64,000 bases of DNA from Phoronis australis (Eukaryota > Animalia > Phoronida), in contig NMRA01000112.1 of NCBI GenBank assembly GCA_002633005.1, positions 384,629 to 448,628 of the forward strand, in the 5' to 3' direction. The notes under the pieces were generated by a model. That model was not told the DNA's origin. It searched no databases and saw only the letters and a list, made by a program, of their open reading frames with translations. Below, in pieces: positions 62,889 through 64,000 of the stretch (position 1 is the first letter of the stretch; every line of letters begins with the position of its first letter). The position numbers were made by a program, and so were the translations under genes.

Positions 62889-63753
62889 GTGCAGTCATTT
62901 GTAGCAAGTACTATAAGTAAATGTGTTAATAAAGCGAAAGAATTTACGTTATTTTGATAAAAATATGAGAGCTTTATTAAAACGAGTTGAAATACATGTA
63001 CATGTATTTTGTCTGTCGGACTTTTCATGAAAGAGGTCGTTCGTACCAGTATGCTTTGGTCTGACGGTCTGTTGGCCGACGGCAAAGTGTTGTTTAATTC
63101 CTCGAGGCGTCGTTGAAGCTAGTTTTAAAATCTGACGATGGAGCCTTTTAGTCTAGTCGAAAAATGAGATATTATTATTTAAAAAATTGTTGAGATACGG
63201 TTCACTAAAAAACTTATTATATAAGCACTGAAAGTTGCACTTTATGTTAGTGTTTATATTGGCTTATGTACACTTTCAGTGTATTATAGATTGTAAGTAA
63301 TCGTATACATGTAATGCAAATCAGATGCAATGATTATGAAGAAAATTATTCCTTCTTAATGCTTGACCCTCAAAACATCAGTTTTCAGATTTCATATGTT
63401 CAATTACAGGAAAAACAAAGTCCTATACCATCAAGTAACGAAACATCGGTAATGGCGGCACTAATTTGCATAAAAAACGCATGTGTGACACTTTTTCGGT
63501 TTCTTAACATCTTTTTTCGGTTTTCGTACGTATTTCTCTTTGCAAAAATGCAACTTAAGAGTTGAAGTCCGGGGTGTGCACGGGGGCCATTTTTCGACTC
63601 AACTATTTGCGCGCACCACAAAACTTCAGTCTTGCGGCTAAATGTGCCGTGTACATGTATCTGAAACTATATAGACTGCAGTTCAAAAACATTCCATCAG
63701 GCCTTAGACATTCGTGTTATGAACTACCCATAAAGTTAGGTGTACATTTTCAG

Positions 63754-63901
63754 GATTTCCTTGTTTGGACTGAACAAGGAATGGAAGGAGGTGTTTTCAC
63801 AGCAGTCACAGGTTCAACTGATATGATCCAGAGAATTCACCATAACAGTTTGTCTGACATCGTGGCTCTAAGCTCAGAAAACCAGCCTGATGTTTTCGAT
63901 A
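63754..63901 (+). CDS. LRP-like gene exon I (last blade of propeller 2); gene continues beyond the window
   Basis: DFLVWTE...DIVALSSENQP; TTTTCAG acceptor and A|GTAAGC donor (phase 1). Confidence 0.85.
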
Positions 63902-64000
63902 GTAAGCATAGAATCGTTATTGAGTTTGCAAGACTTGTCGATTTCCTGAACATACATTCGCGAGCCGGTGCTCACTCGAATTATTGCAAGCGTGTACAAT

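Overview
AT-rich, intron- and repeat-rich eukaryotic DNA that looks like an invertebrate animal genome. No prokaryotic features, rRNA, tRNA or CRISPR array were seen. (1) 1-10.3 kb: a ~2.2-kb tandem duplication whose first copy carries two insertions and whose second copy shows the empty sites. One insertion is a 520-bp Penelope-like fragment with a minimal hammerhead ribozyme. The other is an intact, young 5.2-kb Gypsy-like LTR retrotransposon with atypical features: 138-bp LTRs bounded by CGCCA...TGGCG instead of TG...CA, a 3-bp TSD, LADD at the RT active site, and a degenerate dUTPase-like domain. (2) 14.4-18.7 kb: a spliced gene for an uncharged Ala/Thr/Gly/Ser repeat protein (11 identical 66-bp units) with a C-terminal TM anchor; its intron holds a BEL/Pao relic. 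(3) 19.8 kb: a second hammerhead-like core inside a 42-bp inverted repeat. (4) 27.8-29.0 kb: a two-coding-exon 99-aa signal peptide + TM microprotein that the ORF track does not show. (5) 48.7-63.9 kb: nine exons of an LDL-receptor-related gene (YWTD propeller, EGF, YWTD propeller) running off the window. Three N-joined near-identical duplications look like haplotype assembly artefacts. Many MITEs and non-LTR relics are also present. All gene models and alignments were done by eye.
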